A stretch of DNA of 64,000 nt from an uncultured Clostridia bacterium (GTDB lineage: Bacteria; Bacillota; Clostridia; Lachnospirales; Lachnospiraceae), in the NCBI GenBank assembly GCA_948467395.1, contig CAOKDX010000012.1, positions 10,011-74,010 on the forward strand, read 5' to 3'. Under the pieces are notes generated by a model. The model had not been told where the DNA came from and did not search any database. It was given only the letters and a program-made list of their open reading frames with translations. The position numbers were made by a program, and so were the translations under genes. Each line of letters starts with the position of its first letter. The stretch's first letter is position 1. This document shows, one piece after another, positions 28,554-37,327 of this stretch.

Positions 28554-29057
28554 TCAGCCGCACCAGCCCACCATTTTTCCGATCCAGTAAAGCATTCCGA
28601 GGATCCAGCTGCAGAATACCCCATAGAGGATCACCGGCCCGGAGATCTGAAAGATTCTGGCTCCAACGCCAAATACCCAGCCCTCTTCCTTAAATTCAAT
28701 GGCGGGCGCCGCAACCGAATTGGCAAATCCTGTGATGGGTACAAGAGTGCCCGCTCCGGCGAAATTTGCCAGCTTCTGGTATAGGTTCAGGCCAGTGAAG
28801 AGAACACTGAGGAAAATAAGGGAAAGTGTTGTGTACAGCGAAGAGGTTTCCTTGTCCATCCCCGACATCTGGTAGAGGTTTGTCAGAAGCTGGCCCAAGG
28901 TACAGATCAGGCCGCCAACAAAATATGCCTTGCACAGATTGATAAACCAGCTCTTCTTCGGCGTATTCTCCTTGACATACTCGTTGTATTTCTGGTCCCG
29001 TCTCTCCGGGGCGTCCTCTTTGATCACTTCCTTGATGTTTACCTTATTTTTGTCCAT
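28554..29057 (-). CDS. spoVAC: stage V sporulation protein AC
   Basis: CKAYFVGGLICTLGQ...FAGAGTLVPITGFANS aligns by eye with B. subtilis SpoVAC. Confidence 0.9.
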   Translation of the reverse strand: MDKNKVNIKEVIKEDAPERRDQKYNEYVKENTPKKSWFINLCKAYFVGGLICTLGQLLTNLYQMSGMDKETSSLYTTLSLIFLSVLFTGLNLYQKLANFAGAGTLVPITGFANSVAAPAIEFKEEGWVFGVGARIFQISGPVILYGVFCSWILGMLYWIGKMVGWCG

Positions 29058-29073
29058 ATTTAAACACCTCACT

Positions 29074-29490
29074 TTAATGAAAGAAATACTGAAATAACGT
29101 GCCGGTGAGTTTTCCGGCGGCGATAGCTGCCACTATAATGGGAAAGCCTTCCTTTAGCTGTATGCGGTTCACCATAATGGGAAGGACCCGCAGTGTCTCC
29201 GCCAGGGCCATATAGAGGCATCCCACAAAAATACCGGAAAAAACGCCGAATACCATAACCATCACCACAGAGAGATGGACCGGCAGCTGGAACAGGATCC
29301 ATATATTCCCCAGAGTCCCTCCCAGTATAATGGCATTTTCATAGCAGATGATATGCTTCGCCGTATTGGTTCTGGCAGCCAGCCGGGGAACGATTCCCAG
29401 CATTGTAATAAAGGAAAATACTCCCGCCGCCACTGTAAGCCCGCTGCAGAGGCCGATAAAACAGAGAGCAGCCTGTTTAATTAACATCAA
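29074..29490 (-). CDS. spoVAB: stage V sporulation protein AB
   Basis: 138-aa membrane protein with the SpoVAB signature GLTVAAGVFSFITMLGIVPRLA...ALAETLRVLPIM. Confidence 0.8.
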   Translation of the reverse strand: MMLIKQAALCFIGLCSGLTVAAGVFSFITMLGIVPRLAARTNTAKHIICYENAIILGGTLGNIWILFQLPVHLSVVMVMVFGVFSGIFVGCLYMALAETLRVLPIMVNRIQLKEGFPIIVAAIAAGKLTGTLFQYFFH

Positions 29491-30109
29491 TGGTATGTCC
29501 CTCCCTGGAAGCCGTTGATATCAGCGCCTTATTCACCTGTTCCTCATAGTTCCGCATCTCTACCTGGATCGGCGTCGGATCGTTCTTTATCTTCTTCCGG
29601 CGGAAATGGTTATAAAAGATCAGAATACCGGCCGGGAGACCTGCCGCATAACTGATCTCAAGGATGGAGCCGCCCTGCTTGGCCGTTCCCATAACCATCC
29701 GGTATACCTTGTCAAAGACAGAGCTCACACTGACATCCTCATTAAAGGTCATAATGGTAAATGCCGCCCCGAAAAATGCAATGAGGCTGACGAAGACCGC
29801 CTTGGCATATTCCATCCCACGGGATTTTTCCTTTTTATCCGGCTCCTCCAGATCCACGATAAAGTCCCGCTCTCCGACATTTTCTATCCTCAGGCTGGGA
29901 TACAGCTTATGTATCCCCTCGTATACTTTACTGATGGTAAACATCGTCTTCTGCTGGCAGTCATTTGGAAGGGTATAAAAAGTCTCCTGCTCCAGCTTTT
30001 TTACAATGTCTTTGTTGGTACAGTACAGAGCCGCAATATCCTTATAAGTCAGGTCACGCTTCTTTACGGGAATATTTTGCTCAATCTTTACATATAATAT
30101 CTCTTCCAT
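29477..30109 (-). CDS. spoVAA: stage V sporulation protein AA
   Basis: SpoVAA-like core (IMTFNEDVSVSSVF...FYNHFRRKKIKNDPTPIQVEM). Start set at MEEILYV (ATG 30109, GAAGGAG RBS). The longer track ORF would run through the promoter-like site. Confidence 0.8.
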   Translation of the reverse strand: MEEILYVKIEQNIPVKKRDLTYKDIAALYCTNKDIVKKLEQETFYTLPNDCQQKTMFTISKVYEGIHKLYPSLRIENVGERDFIVDLEEPDKKEKSRGMEYAKAVFVSLIAFFGAAFTIMTFNEDVSVSSVFDKVYRMVMGTAKQGGSILEISYAAGLPAGILIFYNHFRRKKIKNDPTPIQVEMRNYEEQVNKALISTASREGHTIDVN

Positions 30110-30267
30110 CTGATATACTCCTTCACCGGTACCGCATCCCTCTGTACCATAGTTCCCCGCTCCCGGTCGATCGGCAGCTTCTGTCCGCTGCCCTGCAGCT
30201 GGTAAAAGACAATGACACCCGCCGCCACCAAAACAAGGGCAATGGTAATCAGGCCTGCTTTCTTCAT
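30088..30267 (-). CDS. candidate small membrane protein (59 aa) at the head of the spoVA operon
   Basis: MKKAGLITIALVLVAAGVIVFYQL... has one TM helix. GAAAGGAAG RBS lies 7 nt upstream of ATG 30267, downstream of the promoter-like motif. The 3' end overlaps the spoVAA start by 22 nt. Confidence 0.35.
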   Translation of the reverse strand: MKKAGLITIALVLVAAGVIVFYQLQGSGQKLPIDRERGTMVQRDAVPVKEYIRWKRYYM

Positions 30268-30288
30268 AGAAACACTTCCTTTCGCTCT

Positions 30289-30319
30289 TACCATTGCCAA
30301 TTTTCTTCATTCTTATCCA
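30289..30319 (-). promoter_or_regulatory. forespore (sigma-G/F-like) promoter candidate upstream of the spoVAA block
   Basis: On the minus strand: TGGATA (30319-30314), 18-nt spacer, AATGGTA (30295-30289), directly after the sigF stop codon. Confidence 0.4.
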
Positions 30320-30323
30320 TCAT

Positions 30324-31037
30324 TTATAAAAATTTCTGACGCATGGATTGCAGAATCTTCTTTTCCATACGGCTCACCTGCACCTGATTCATCTCCAGAA
30401 GCTCCGCCACCTGCATCTGCGTCTTATCGTGAAAATACCTCAACTCGATCAGCCGGCGTTCCCGGTCCTCCAGATCTGCCAGAAGCTGATCCAGCATCAT
30501 CCGGTTCAGTACAATTTCACTCTCATCCTTTTCTGATGGTATCCGGTCCATCAGGGAAATCTCACTGCCCTCCTTCTGATAGACCGTCTTATGCAGCGAC
30601 TCCACCTCATTTCCCGCCTCCAGCGCCATAACGATATCTTCTTTTTTCAATTCCGTGGCGGCGCTGAGCTCCTCCAACGTTGCCTCCCGCCCAAGCCTTC
30701 CTGCCAGGATCTCCGCTTCCCGCCGGACGCGGTATCCGTTTTCCTTGAGCGTGCGGCTCACCTTCACCATGCCGTCGTCCCGGAGAAAGCGTTTGATCTC
30801 TCCCGTGATAAGCGGAACTGCATAAGTGGAAAACTTCACATCATAGTCCAGATTAAAATTATCCACTGCCTTGATCAGCCCGATGGAGCCGATCTGTCCC
30901 AGATCCTCCAGGTCATGTCCCCGTCCTGCAAATCGCCGGACGATGCTGTACACCAATGGCATATTTTGTTTTATCACCTGTTCTCTCGCCAGTTTATCCC
31001 CTGCCCGTGCCTGTTTGATCAGTTCTATGGTTTCCAT
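30324..31037 (-). CDS. sigF: sporulation sigma factor SigF
   Basis: 237-aa sigma-70 family protein directly downstream of spoIIAA-spoIIAB. Typical SigF regions are present (GLIKAVDNFN, YAVPLITGEIKRFLRD). Confidence 0.9.
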   Translation of the reverse strand: METIELIKQARAGDKLAREQVIKQNMPLVYSIVRRFAGRGHDLEDLGQIGSIGLIKAVDNFNLDYDVKFSTYAVPLITGEIKRFLRDDGMVKVSRTLKENGYRVRREAEILAGRLGREATLEELSAATELKKEDIVMALEAGNEVESLHKTVYQKEGSEISLMDRIPSEKDESEIVLNRMMLDQLLADLEDRERRLIELRYFHDKTQMQVAELLEMNQVQVSRMEKKILQSMRQKFL

Positions 31038-31049
31038 TGGCAGACTCCC

Positions 31050-31490
31050 CTATGAAAGATTTAACGCACTATATATGGTTTTGCGCATTTTCACCGTAGT
31101 GCCCTCCCCTTCTGTGGACACCACCTCCAGATCATCCATAAACGCCTCCATAAATGCAAAACCCATGCCGGACCGCTCCATCTCCGGCTTGCTTGTATAC
31201 AGCGGTTCCATAGCCCTCGTGACGTCGGGAATGCCAACTCCCCGGTCGCTCACCTCAATGCGGACGGTATTCCCTTCAATCCGGCTATGTATCGTAATCT
31301 TTCCCTCCTTCCCCTCATATCCATGGATCACCGCATTGGTCACCGCCTCTGACACCGCGGTTTTTACATCTGACAATTCCCCCAGCGTGGGATCCAGCCT
31401 GGCGATAAAAGCAGCAATAACGGTTCTTGCCAGGCTCTCGTTTTCTGAACAGCTGTCAAAAATAAATGTTATCTCATTCTCCTTTTTCAT
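31050..31490 (-). CDS. spoIIAB: anti-sigma F factor SpoIIAB (serine kinase)
   Basis: 146 aa with GHKL ATPase motifs (EAVTNAVIHGY, DRGVGIPD, SGMGF). Confidence 0.9.
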   Translation of the reverse strand: MKKENEITFIFDSCSENESLARTVIAAFIARLDPTLGELSDVKTAVSEAVTNAVIHGYEGKEGKITIHSRIEGNTVRIEVSDRGVGIPDVTRAMEPLYTSKPEMERSGMGFAFMEAFMDDLEVVSTEGEGTTVKMRKTIYSALNLS

Positions 31491-31816
31491 GCTCCCTGTA
31501 TCCTTTCTTCGTATTTCGGTATGATCCGGTACAGACCGGACATGGTAAAAATCCGGTCCACGCCATCTCCGATGCCGGAGACAAAGGTTTGTCCACCCAG
31601 GAAATTCATCTTGCGGTAACGCCCCATCACCATCCCGATTCCGGAGCTGTCCATAAAGGTCATCCCGGTAAAATCAAAGATCAGGGTCTTTAGATTTCCC
31701 TTCTCAATCTGTGTGTCCACCGTCCTGCTCACCTGCATCGCCATATGATGATCCAGTTCCTCACTGATGTGCAAAATAAGTGTGGAGCCGTTCCGCTCCA
31801 GTGAAAATCTCTCCAT
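31487..31816 (-). CDS. spoIIAA: anti-sigma F antagonist SpoIIAA (STAS domain)
   Basis: STAS domain with the phosphorylatable DSSG motif (FMDSSGIGMV). Start at ATG 31816 with an AAGGGAGG RBS; the track ORF starts at an upstream TTG. Confidence 0.85.
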   Translation of the reverse strand: MERFSLERNGSTLILHISEELDHHMAMQVSRTVDTQIEKGNLKTLIFDFTGMTFMDSSGIGMVMGRYRKMNFLGGQTFVSGIGDGVDRIFTMSGLYRIIPKYEERIQGA

Positions 31817-31868
31817 CTCTGCCTCCCTTTTCTTGTCTGCCAAATTAGCTTAAGATAAATCCTTCCAT

Positions 31869-31912
31869 ACAAAAAGACCTGCAGAAAATTATGTTCTCTT
31901 TTCTACAGGTCT
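31869..31912 (-). terminator. rho-independent terminator after the TPR gene
   Basis: 14-bp stem: agacctgcagaaaa (31875-31888) pairs with ttttctacaggtct (31899-31912) with one mismatch (31882/31905), followed on the minus strand by TTTTGT. Confidence 0.7.
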
Positions 31913-31937
31913 CTTACTCAGTTTCCTCTGTCGTGTC

Positions 31938-33362
31938 CTATGGCCGGACTGTCGGTTCCGGCGCAGGGGTCGCCCCCTGTTCCTCCGGGCTGATCTGGTT
32001 CAGATACTGCCTCGCCTGTACAGCAAAACTTGTATTGCCATCCAGGGCGATGGCCTTTTCATACCATTTCGCCGCAGTCTTATTTTTATTTTTGCGCTGG
32101 TAGCAGCGTCCCATACAAAACATCGCTTCCTGATTCTCCGGATCGACGGACAACACCTTCTTAAAGGTGGCGATAGCAGTATCATAAGATGTATTCATCT
32201 CATTGCGCCCCTGCCTCACCAGCGCTGCGATATCCTCTGCCGAAACGGCTGCAATCTTCGAATATACACGTTTTGCCTCCGCTGAGTCAAAATCTGATTT
32301 CTTACACTTTGACACGGTGGCCGCCGCCTGGATCTTATCCTCCGCCACATAATAATCCACGCCCTTCAGAAGCTTTTCATAATTCTGCGTCTTCTTCTGA
32401 GCCGCGGTATTTCCGTCCTCCATCTGCTTTTTCAATCGCTCAAGCTCTGTGTCCAGGCTGTCTCTCTCCTTCTCCAGTGTGGAAATTTTAGCTGACTGCA
32501 CCGCCAGCTGGCTGTTGGCATCCGACAGCTCGCTCCCACCGCCGCCCAGCTGTTTCAAAAAGGTGGGGCGGATCAACACAAAGGATACCACAATACCGAA
32601 AATAATTCCCAGAACCACATAGACCACCGGCATCATGGACCTCTTCTCCTCCTTATAAGTGCCAACCGGGGTCACATTGGAAAGCGGATCCTTCCTTGGT
32701 TTGGGCGGATTTTTCGCCGCCGCTTCGGCCCTTCGCTCCAAAGCCGCCGCCCTGTCCCCCACCTCCTGCATATAGCGGAGTGTGGTAGTATTATTAAAAT
32801 CTATCTTTCTGGCACGGTTCAGGCACTTCGCCGCCCGCTGGTAATCCTTCGTCTTAATATAGAGCAGGGCCAGCAGCTGCTGCGCCCGGACGAACCGGGG
32901 ATTGAGGCTCACTACCTTCTTTAGCTGGATAATGGCCAGATCTTCATTCCTCGCCTGGGCTGCCACCAGGGCAGCATTGTATTTGCGCACAGTCTGATTG
33001 GCGGCCTCGAGCGCCGTCGGATTGCTCTGAAGGGTGTTGATATAATAATCTGCGGCATTGTTATCCGGCTGCAGGTACTTACTGAGTACCCACTCACTCA
33101 GCGCCGACACGATCTCACCCATCTCATAATAAATCAGTCCCAGCAGATTGCGGGCACTGGTATTTGCCTTATAAAACTGCAGGCTCTTCTTCAACGCTTC
33201 CACCGCACCGGACAGATCCCTCACATTGGCTCTCTCCAGTCCCCTGTTATAATAGGAATTGGAGACTCGCCTCACATACTGGACGACCGACAGATCCTGT
33301 CCACAAAAGGTACATTGTACCGCTGTGTCACCGACTCTCGCATCGCATCTTGGACATCTCAT
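31938..33362 (-). CDS. zinc-ribbon / TPR-repeat membrane protein
   Basis: N-terminal CPRC...CTFC zinc ribbon, TPR-like repeats on both sides of one central TM helix (MMPVVYVVLGIIFGIVVSFVLI), and a coiled-coil segment. Confidence 0.65.
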   Translation of the reverse strand: MRCPRCDARVGDTAVQCTFCGQDLSVVQYVRRVSNSYYNRGLERANVRDLSGAVEALKKSLQFYKANTSARNLLGLIYYEMGEIVSALSEWVLSKYLQPDNNAADYYINTLQSNPTALEAANQTVRKYNAALVAAQARNEDLAIIQLKKVVSLNPRFVRAQQLLALLYIKTKDYQRAAKCLNRARKIDFNNTTTLRYMQEVGDRAAALERRAEAAAKNPPKPRKDPLSNVTPVGTYKEEKRSMMPVVYVVLGIIFGIVVSFVLIRPTFLKQLGGGGSELSDANSQLAVQSAKISTLEKERDSLDTELERLKKQMEDGNTAAQKKTQNYEKLLKGVDYYVAEDKIQAAATVSKCKKSDFDSAEAKRVYSKIAAVSAEDIAALVRQGRNEMNTSYDTAIATFKKVLSVDPENQEAMFCMGRCYQRKNKNKTAAKWYEKAIALDGNTSFAVQARQYLNQISPEEQGATPAPEPTVRP

Positions 33363-33390
33363 CGTCTATTTTCCTCCAATATCCTTTTTC

Positions 33391-33534
33391 TCACAGGGTC
33401 CCTTTGGCATCCTGTATCAGTTCCTTTACAATATCAGTTATATCCGTGAGATTGTTATTATAGACAACCTCCTCTACTTTCTCCACTTCCAGACTGGGCT
33501 GGAACTTCGCCAGCTCCTCTTCGAAATTCAGCAT
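33391..33534 (-). CDS. candidate small acidic protein (47 aa), below the ORF-track cutoff
   Basis: My own translation: MLNFEEELAKFQPSLEVEKVEEVVYNNNLTDITDIVKELIQDAKGTL. GAAGGAGG lies upstream (long 13-nt spacing). It ends 28 nt before the TPR gene start. Confidence 0.3.
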   Translation of the reverse strand: MLNFEEELAKFQPSLEVEKVEEVVYNNNLTDITDIVKELIQDAKGTL

Positions 33535-33666
33535 ACGCAGTTTATGACCTCCTTCACTCTATAATATCAATAATAATGATTTTTTATAGAAAATGCAAGA
33601 GGGAAATATCGTGGGGATACGACAAAATATGCCGTTTTCGCCAGGTTCCGGCCGCCCTTATATCGC

Positions 33667-36372
33667 TCAACGGTGCGAGTCGGAACCAGCTGTTTGGCTT
33701 AGCGTCTCCCACGCAAAGATCACATCCTCGCAGCGGTCCACATCCAAGTCTTCCACGGCAGAGCAGAGCTGTCCCAGCAGTTCGGACTGCTCCACCTCAT
33801 ACTCATACTGCGACAATTCCTCCGCCACCTGTTCCATGCGGTCGATGTCCAGCTCCTCCAGCGCCTCCTTCATCGAATCAAACAGGGCAAGGAGGACCTC
33901 CCTGCCGACAGCGCCCTTACTGACAGTCTCTTCCTCCGTCCGCGCATAGGGGGACAGTATTCCCTTCATCTGCCGGTACATTGAGAGCATTTCTTCCGTA
34001 TCCTGGTGAATCCTCTCCCCATCCCTCCGGTTCCCTGCCGCCTCCATCTCGGCGGCAAGGTCAGCCAGCTCCAGGGCTCCGATCTGCCTTGAAGCACTTT
34101 TCAGGGCATGTACTTCTATGGTATATGTCTTCCAGTCCTCCCCCTCCTCCAGTTCACGGATCAAATCTGCCTTCTTATCAATTACCTGATAATAATCCCT
34201 CAGCACCTCTCTGTACAGGCTCTCGCTGCCAAGAAGCTTCATGGCGTACGCCGTATCCAGGCTGTCGATATGGATCGTCTCTGCCGTCTCCTTTTTCTCC
34301 TCATGCCTCACCGCAATCTTCTGTATCTTCTCCTTGGGCAGCCAGTGCTTGATCTTGGACGTGATAATACGGAGTTCGATGGGTTTGGCCACAAAGTCGT
34401 TCATTCCCTCGCTGAGAAACATTTCCTTCGTTCCCTCTACGGCATTGGCTGTCAGGGCAATAATCGGCACGTCATCGTATTCGGGATGAAATCTGCGGAT
34501 CAGCCTCGTTGTCTCCACTCCGTCAATCTCCGGCATCATATGATCCATAAAGATCAGATCATAGTGTTTCATGGCGATCATGGCAACCGCCTCCTTGCCG
34601 CTGAGGGCTGTATCTATCTGCATTTCCAGCGGGGCAAGGAGCCCCTCCGCCACCGTAAGGTTTACCTTATTGTCATCCACAATTAGTACATTGGCCTCCT
34701 GCGCCGTGAAATCCAGACTCTCCCCCTCCTCCTCGAAGAGGGCATTATGAAGATCGTCATGATTTAAAATCATCGCTACATTTAAAACATAGACCGGTTT
34801 CCTCACCACCACTAGATTCGGTATATCACTCTCGGCACTGGCATAATAATCCGCAATCATCACACCGATCACCGTATCGTGCTCCCGAAGCCAGTGCTGC
34901 ACACTGTCCGTAAAGAGCTTTTCCTCCACAAAAAGATGTGTCACTCCGGTGCAGTCGTTGTTATCTAACTCCCGCTCACTGGAAATCTCCTCAAATATGT
35001 CTCCCAGCTTCTCCACATCACGGCCCAGCTGTCCCCGGACATATGGATTCGCCAGCAGTCCCCACACTACGGATTCCTTTTCCTTGAGGCTGACACAGAA
35101 TCTATCTTCCACGATCTTCTGAGGCAGGGTGAAAGAGAAGGTGCTCCCCTTCTCATACTCGCTTTCCACCCGGATGCTGCCGTGCATCAGGGTCACAAGC
35201 TGTTTGGATATAGCCAGGCCCAGACCGGTCCCTTCGATATTCCGGTTTCTCTTGCTGTCCAGCTGATGGAAGGACTGGAACAGCTGCTCCATCTCCGCCT
35301 TTTTGATCCCGATGCCGGTATCCTCCACCGCAATGTGCAGATCGATGCGGTCCGCGGATTTCTTTTCAAAGGAAACACGGATCTCCACCTTTCCCTCTTT
35401 CGTAAATTTCACCGCATTGTTCGCCAGATTTACAATAACCTGTTTAATGCGGATACTGTCGCCATATAATTTATTCGGCAGCTGGGGATCCAGGTCAATC
35501 AGAAGCTCAATATCCTTATCGCCGATCCGGGTGGTGATCATTGTCGTGATATCATGCAGGATAGACATGGGCTCGTATTCTTCCTCAATAATATCCATCT
35601 TTCCGGATTCTATCTTGGAGAAGTCCAGAATATCATTGATAATGGTCAGCAGTGTCTTTCCCGATGATATAATAAGATTTACATATTCCCGCGCCAGCGG
35701 CGGCAGCTCCTCCCGGAGCGCCATCTCCGCCATGCCGATTACGGCGTTCATCGGGGTCCGGATCTCATGGCTCATATTGGCCAGGAAATCGGATTTCAAA
35801 TTGGCCGCGCGCTCGATCTCCAGATTGCTCCGGGACAGCTGATAGCGCTGAAAGGCCAGATTCGAGACAATATTAATGATCTCATAGACATAGTTGGCCA
35901 CCTCTTCCATCTTTTCCGGTCTGATGATCCGGATCTTCTTCGAGCTCTTCCAGAGCTCCTCCGGATCAATCTCGTACCGCCGCGCCAGCATACTGACATG
36001 GGCCCGTGTGAGGGGTTTCGTCGCCACCTGTCCCCCCAGAAAACAGCCCATTGTCTTTCCGCCGATCACGATGGGCACGGCGAAATCCGTCAGGCCGGTG
36101 TGACAGGTATACGTGACGGCACACCCAGCCTCCATGGCGCTGATCATACCCTGTCTGTCACAGTTCTCACATGCGGCAAGGCCGCGTTTGGATTTCTTAA
36201 TATGTCCGCCGCAGAAATCAGTCCAGGACGCATGGCTCGCCAGAGCCACCCCTCTGAGATCCGCCACCCCGGTGGAGATTCCCAGCAATGAATGAAGTGA
36301 ATTCTGCAGCTTGTCAAGGATCTCCATGTTGATCAGATCCGGTAATTCCAGATCATCATCCATCTCTATCAT
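33667..36372 (-). CDS. cytoplasmic hybrid sensor kinase: PocR-like sensor, HisKA, HATPase, receiver and Hpt
   Basis: N-terminal Cys-rich PocR-like region (FCGGHIKKS...CENCDR...TYTCHTGLTDFAVPI), H-box MSHEIRTPMN, G-box GTGLGLAISK, receiver (VLIVDDNKVN...DLIFMDHMMPEIDG) and an Hpt-like HALKSASRQIG. No TM helix. Confidence 0.85.
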   Translation of the reverse strand: MIEMDDDLELPDLINMEILDKLQNSLHSLLGISTGVADLRGVALASHASWTDFCGGHIKKSKRGLAACENCDRQGMISAMEAGCAVTYTCHTGLTDFAVPIVIGGKTMGCFLGGQVATKPLTRAHVSMLARRYEIDPEELWKSSKKIRIIRPEKMEEVANYVYEIINIVSNLAFQRYQLSRSNLEIERAANLKSDFLANMSHEIRTPMNAVIGMAEMALREELPPLAREYVNLIISSGKTLLTIINDILDFSKIESGKMDIIEEEYEPMSILHDITTMITTRIGDKDIELLIDLDPQLPNKLYGDSIRIKQVIVNLANNAVKFTKEGKVEIRVSFEKKSADRIDLHIAVEDTGIGIKKAEMEQLFQSFHQLDSKRNRNIEGTGLGLAISKQLVTLMHGSIRVESEYEKGSTFSFTLPQKIVEDRFCVSLKEKESVVWGLLANPYVRGQLGRDVEKLGDIFEEISSERELDNNDCTGVTHLFVEEKLFTDSVQHWLREHDTVIGVMIADYYASAESDIPNLVVVRKPVYVLNVAMILNHDDLHNALFEEEGESLDFTAQEANVLIVDDNKVNLTVAEGLLAPLEMQIDTALSGKEAVAMIAMKHYDLIFMDHMMPEIDGVETTRLIRRFHPEYDDVPIIALTANAVEGTKEMFLSEGMNDFVAKPIELRIITSKIKHWLPKEKIQKIAVRHEEKKETAETIHIDSLDTAYAMKLLGSESLYREVLRDYYQVIDKKADLIRELEEGEDWKTYTIEVHALKSASRQIGALELADLAAEMEAAGNRRDGERIHQDTEEMLSMYRQMKGILSPYARTEEETVSKGAVGREVLLALFDSMKEALEELDIDRMEQVAEELSQYEYEVEQSELLGQLCSAVEDLDVDRCEDVIFAWETLSQTAGSDSHR

Positions 36373-36432
36373 AGCCCGCCCCCCATTCTCTCTCTATTCT
36401 GTCAGTACGGCCCGGTATTTGCCATACCGGAA

Positions 36433-37308
36433 TCATCCGATAAGATTTTTTATACAGGTCCGCAGCTTCGTGCGGTCCACCGGTTTTAGCAGGTAGCCCT
36501 GCGGCTTCATTTCCAGCACCTCCTGCACCTTCGACAGCTCTCCTACACCGGTGAGAAAAACCACTGGTATATCACTGAGCTCAGGATTTCTTTTCAGCGT
36601 CCTGAATACCTCTGGTCCCTTCATCCCCGGCATCTCATAATCCAGCAGAATCAGATCCGTCATCTTCTTTTCCAGAAATTTAAGCGCCAGCTTCCCGTTT
36701 ACTGCAGATGCCACATCATACTCATCCCGCAGATGGGCCCGGATCACCTTCAGCATCCTTGGATCATCATCCACTACAAGAATATGCCGGCGCCTCTCTC
36801 CCTCTGCCGCCTGATTCAACTCCCGGAGCACATCCATGGCGCTCTCCGGCTCTTCCTCCGCTGTCTCTCCTTTATATCCCTCTCTCCCTGCCTCTTCTGC
36901 CTTTCTGGTTTCCGCCTCCGTCCTCTTCTTCTGCCACTCCTGGATTTCTTTCAATACCTTTTCCTGAATGACCGTGAGCGTCACCGGCCGGGTAATAACA
37001 AGATCCGCGGTGTTATACGCCAGTTTCTGGAACTGGCTGCAATCCGCCTGGTCTCCTACAATAATAAAAGGAGTATAGGCCTGATGCATCTTGGGCCCGA
37101 TCTTTTTCAGTCCGTATATATCCTCGGTGTCCTCGGATTTCAGGCAGTAAACAAACGCATCCGGTTCAAAATATTTCAGATGCCCCAACACATCATCCAG
37201 TCGTCTGGAAGTACTCAGGCACTCGATATCGGTATCCATGTGCACAAACAGATCGTCGATAACAGCCTTATTCTTTCCCGTCACTAATATTTTATATTTT
37301 TGCTTCAC
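36433..37308 (-). CDS. response regulator with a degenerate N-terminal receiver-like domain plus a canonical C-terminal receiver (no output domain)
   Basis: The C-terminal REC has DD, D and KP motifs (ILVVDDDPR, DLILLDYEMPGMKG, YLLKP). The N-terminal half has a REC-like fold pattern without the acidic pocket. The start is uncertain (GTG near 37308 or upstream). Confidence 0.7.
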   Translation of the reverse strand: MKQKYKILVTGKNKAVIDDLFVHMDTDIECLSTSRRLDDVLGHLKYFEPDAFVYCLKSEDTEDIYGLKKIGPKMHQAYTPFIIVGDQADCSQFQKLAYNTADLVITRPVTLTVIQEKVLKEIQEWQKKRTEAETRKAEEAGREGYKGETAEEEPESAMDVLRELNQAAEGERRRHILVVDDDPRMLKVIRAHLRDEYDVASAVNGKLALKFLEKKMTDLILLDYEMPGMKGPEVFRTLKRNPELSDIPVVFLTGVGELSKVQEVLEMKPQGYLLKPVDRTKLRTCIKNLIG

Positions 37309-37327
37309 ACGCTTCTCCTTTCTGCTG

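Noticed and set aside
30110-30310. N-terminal 67-aa extension of the spoVAA ORF in the track (MKKIGNGKSERKCFYEE...).
   Set aside because: The extension is Gly/Cys/Arg-rich junk with no similarity to the SpoVAA N-terminus. It would start upstream of the promoter-like motif, whereas MEEILYV at 30109 has a good RBS and matches the SpoVAA length.
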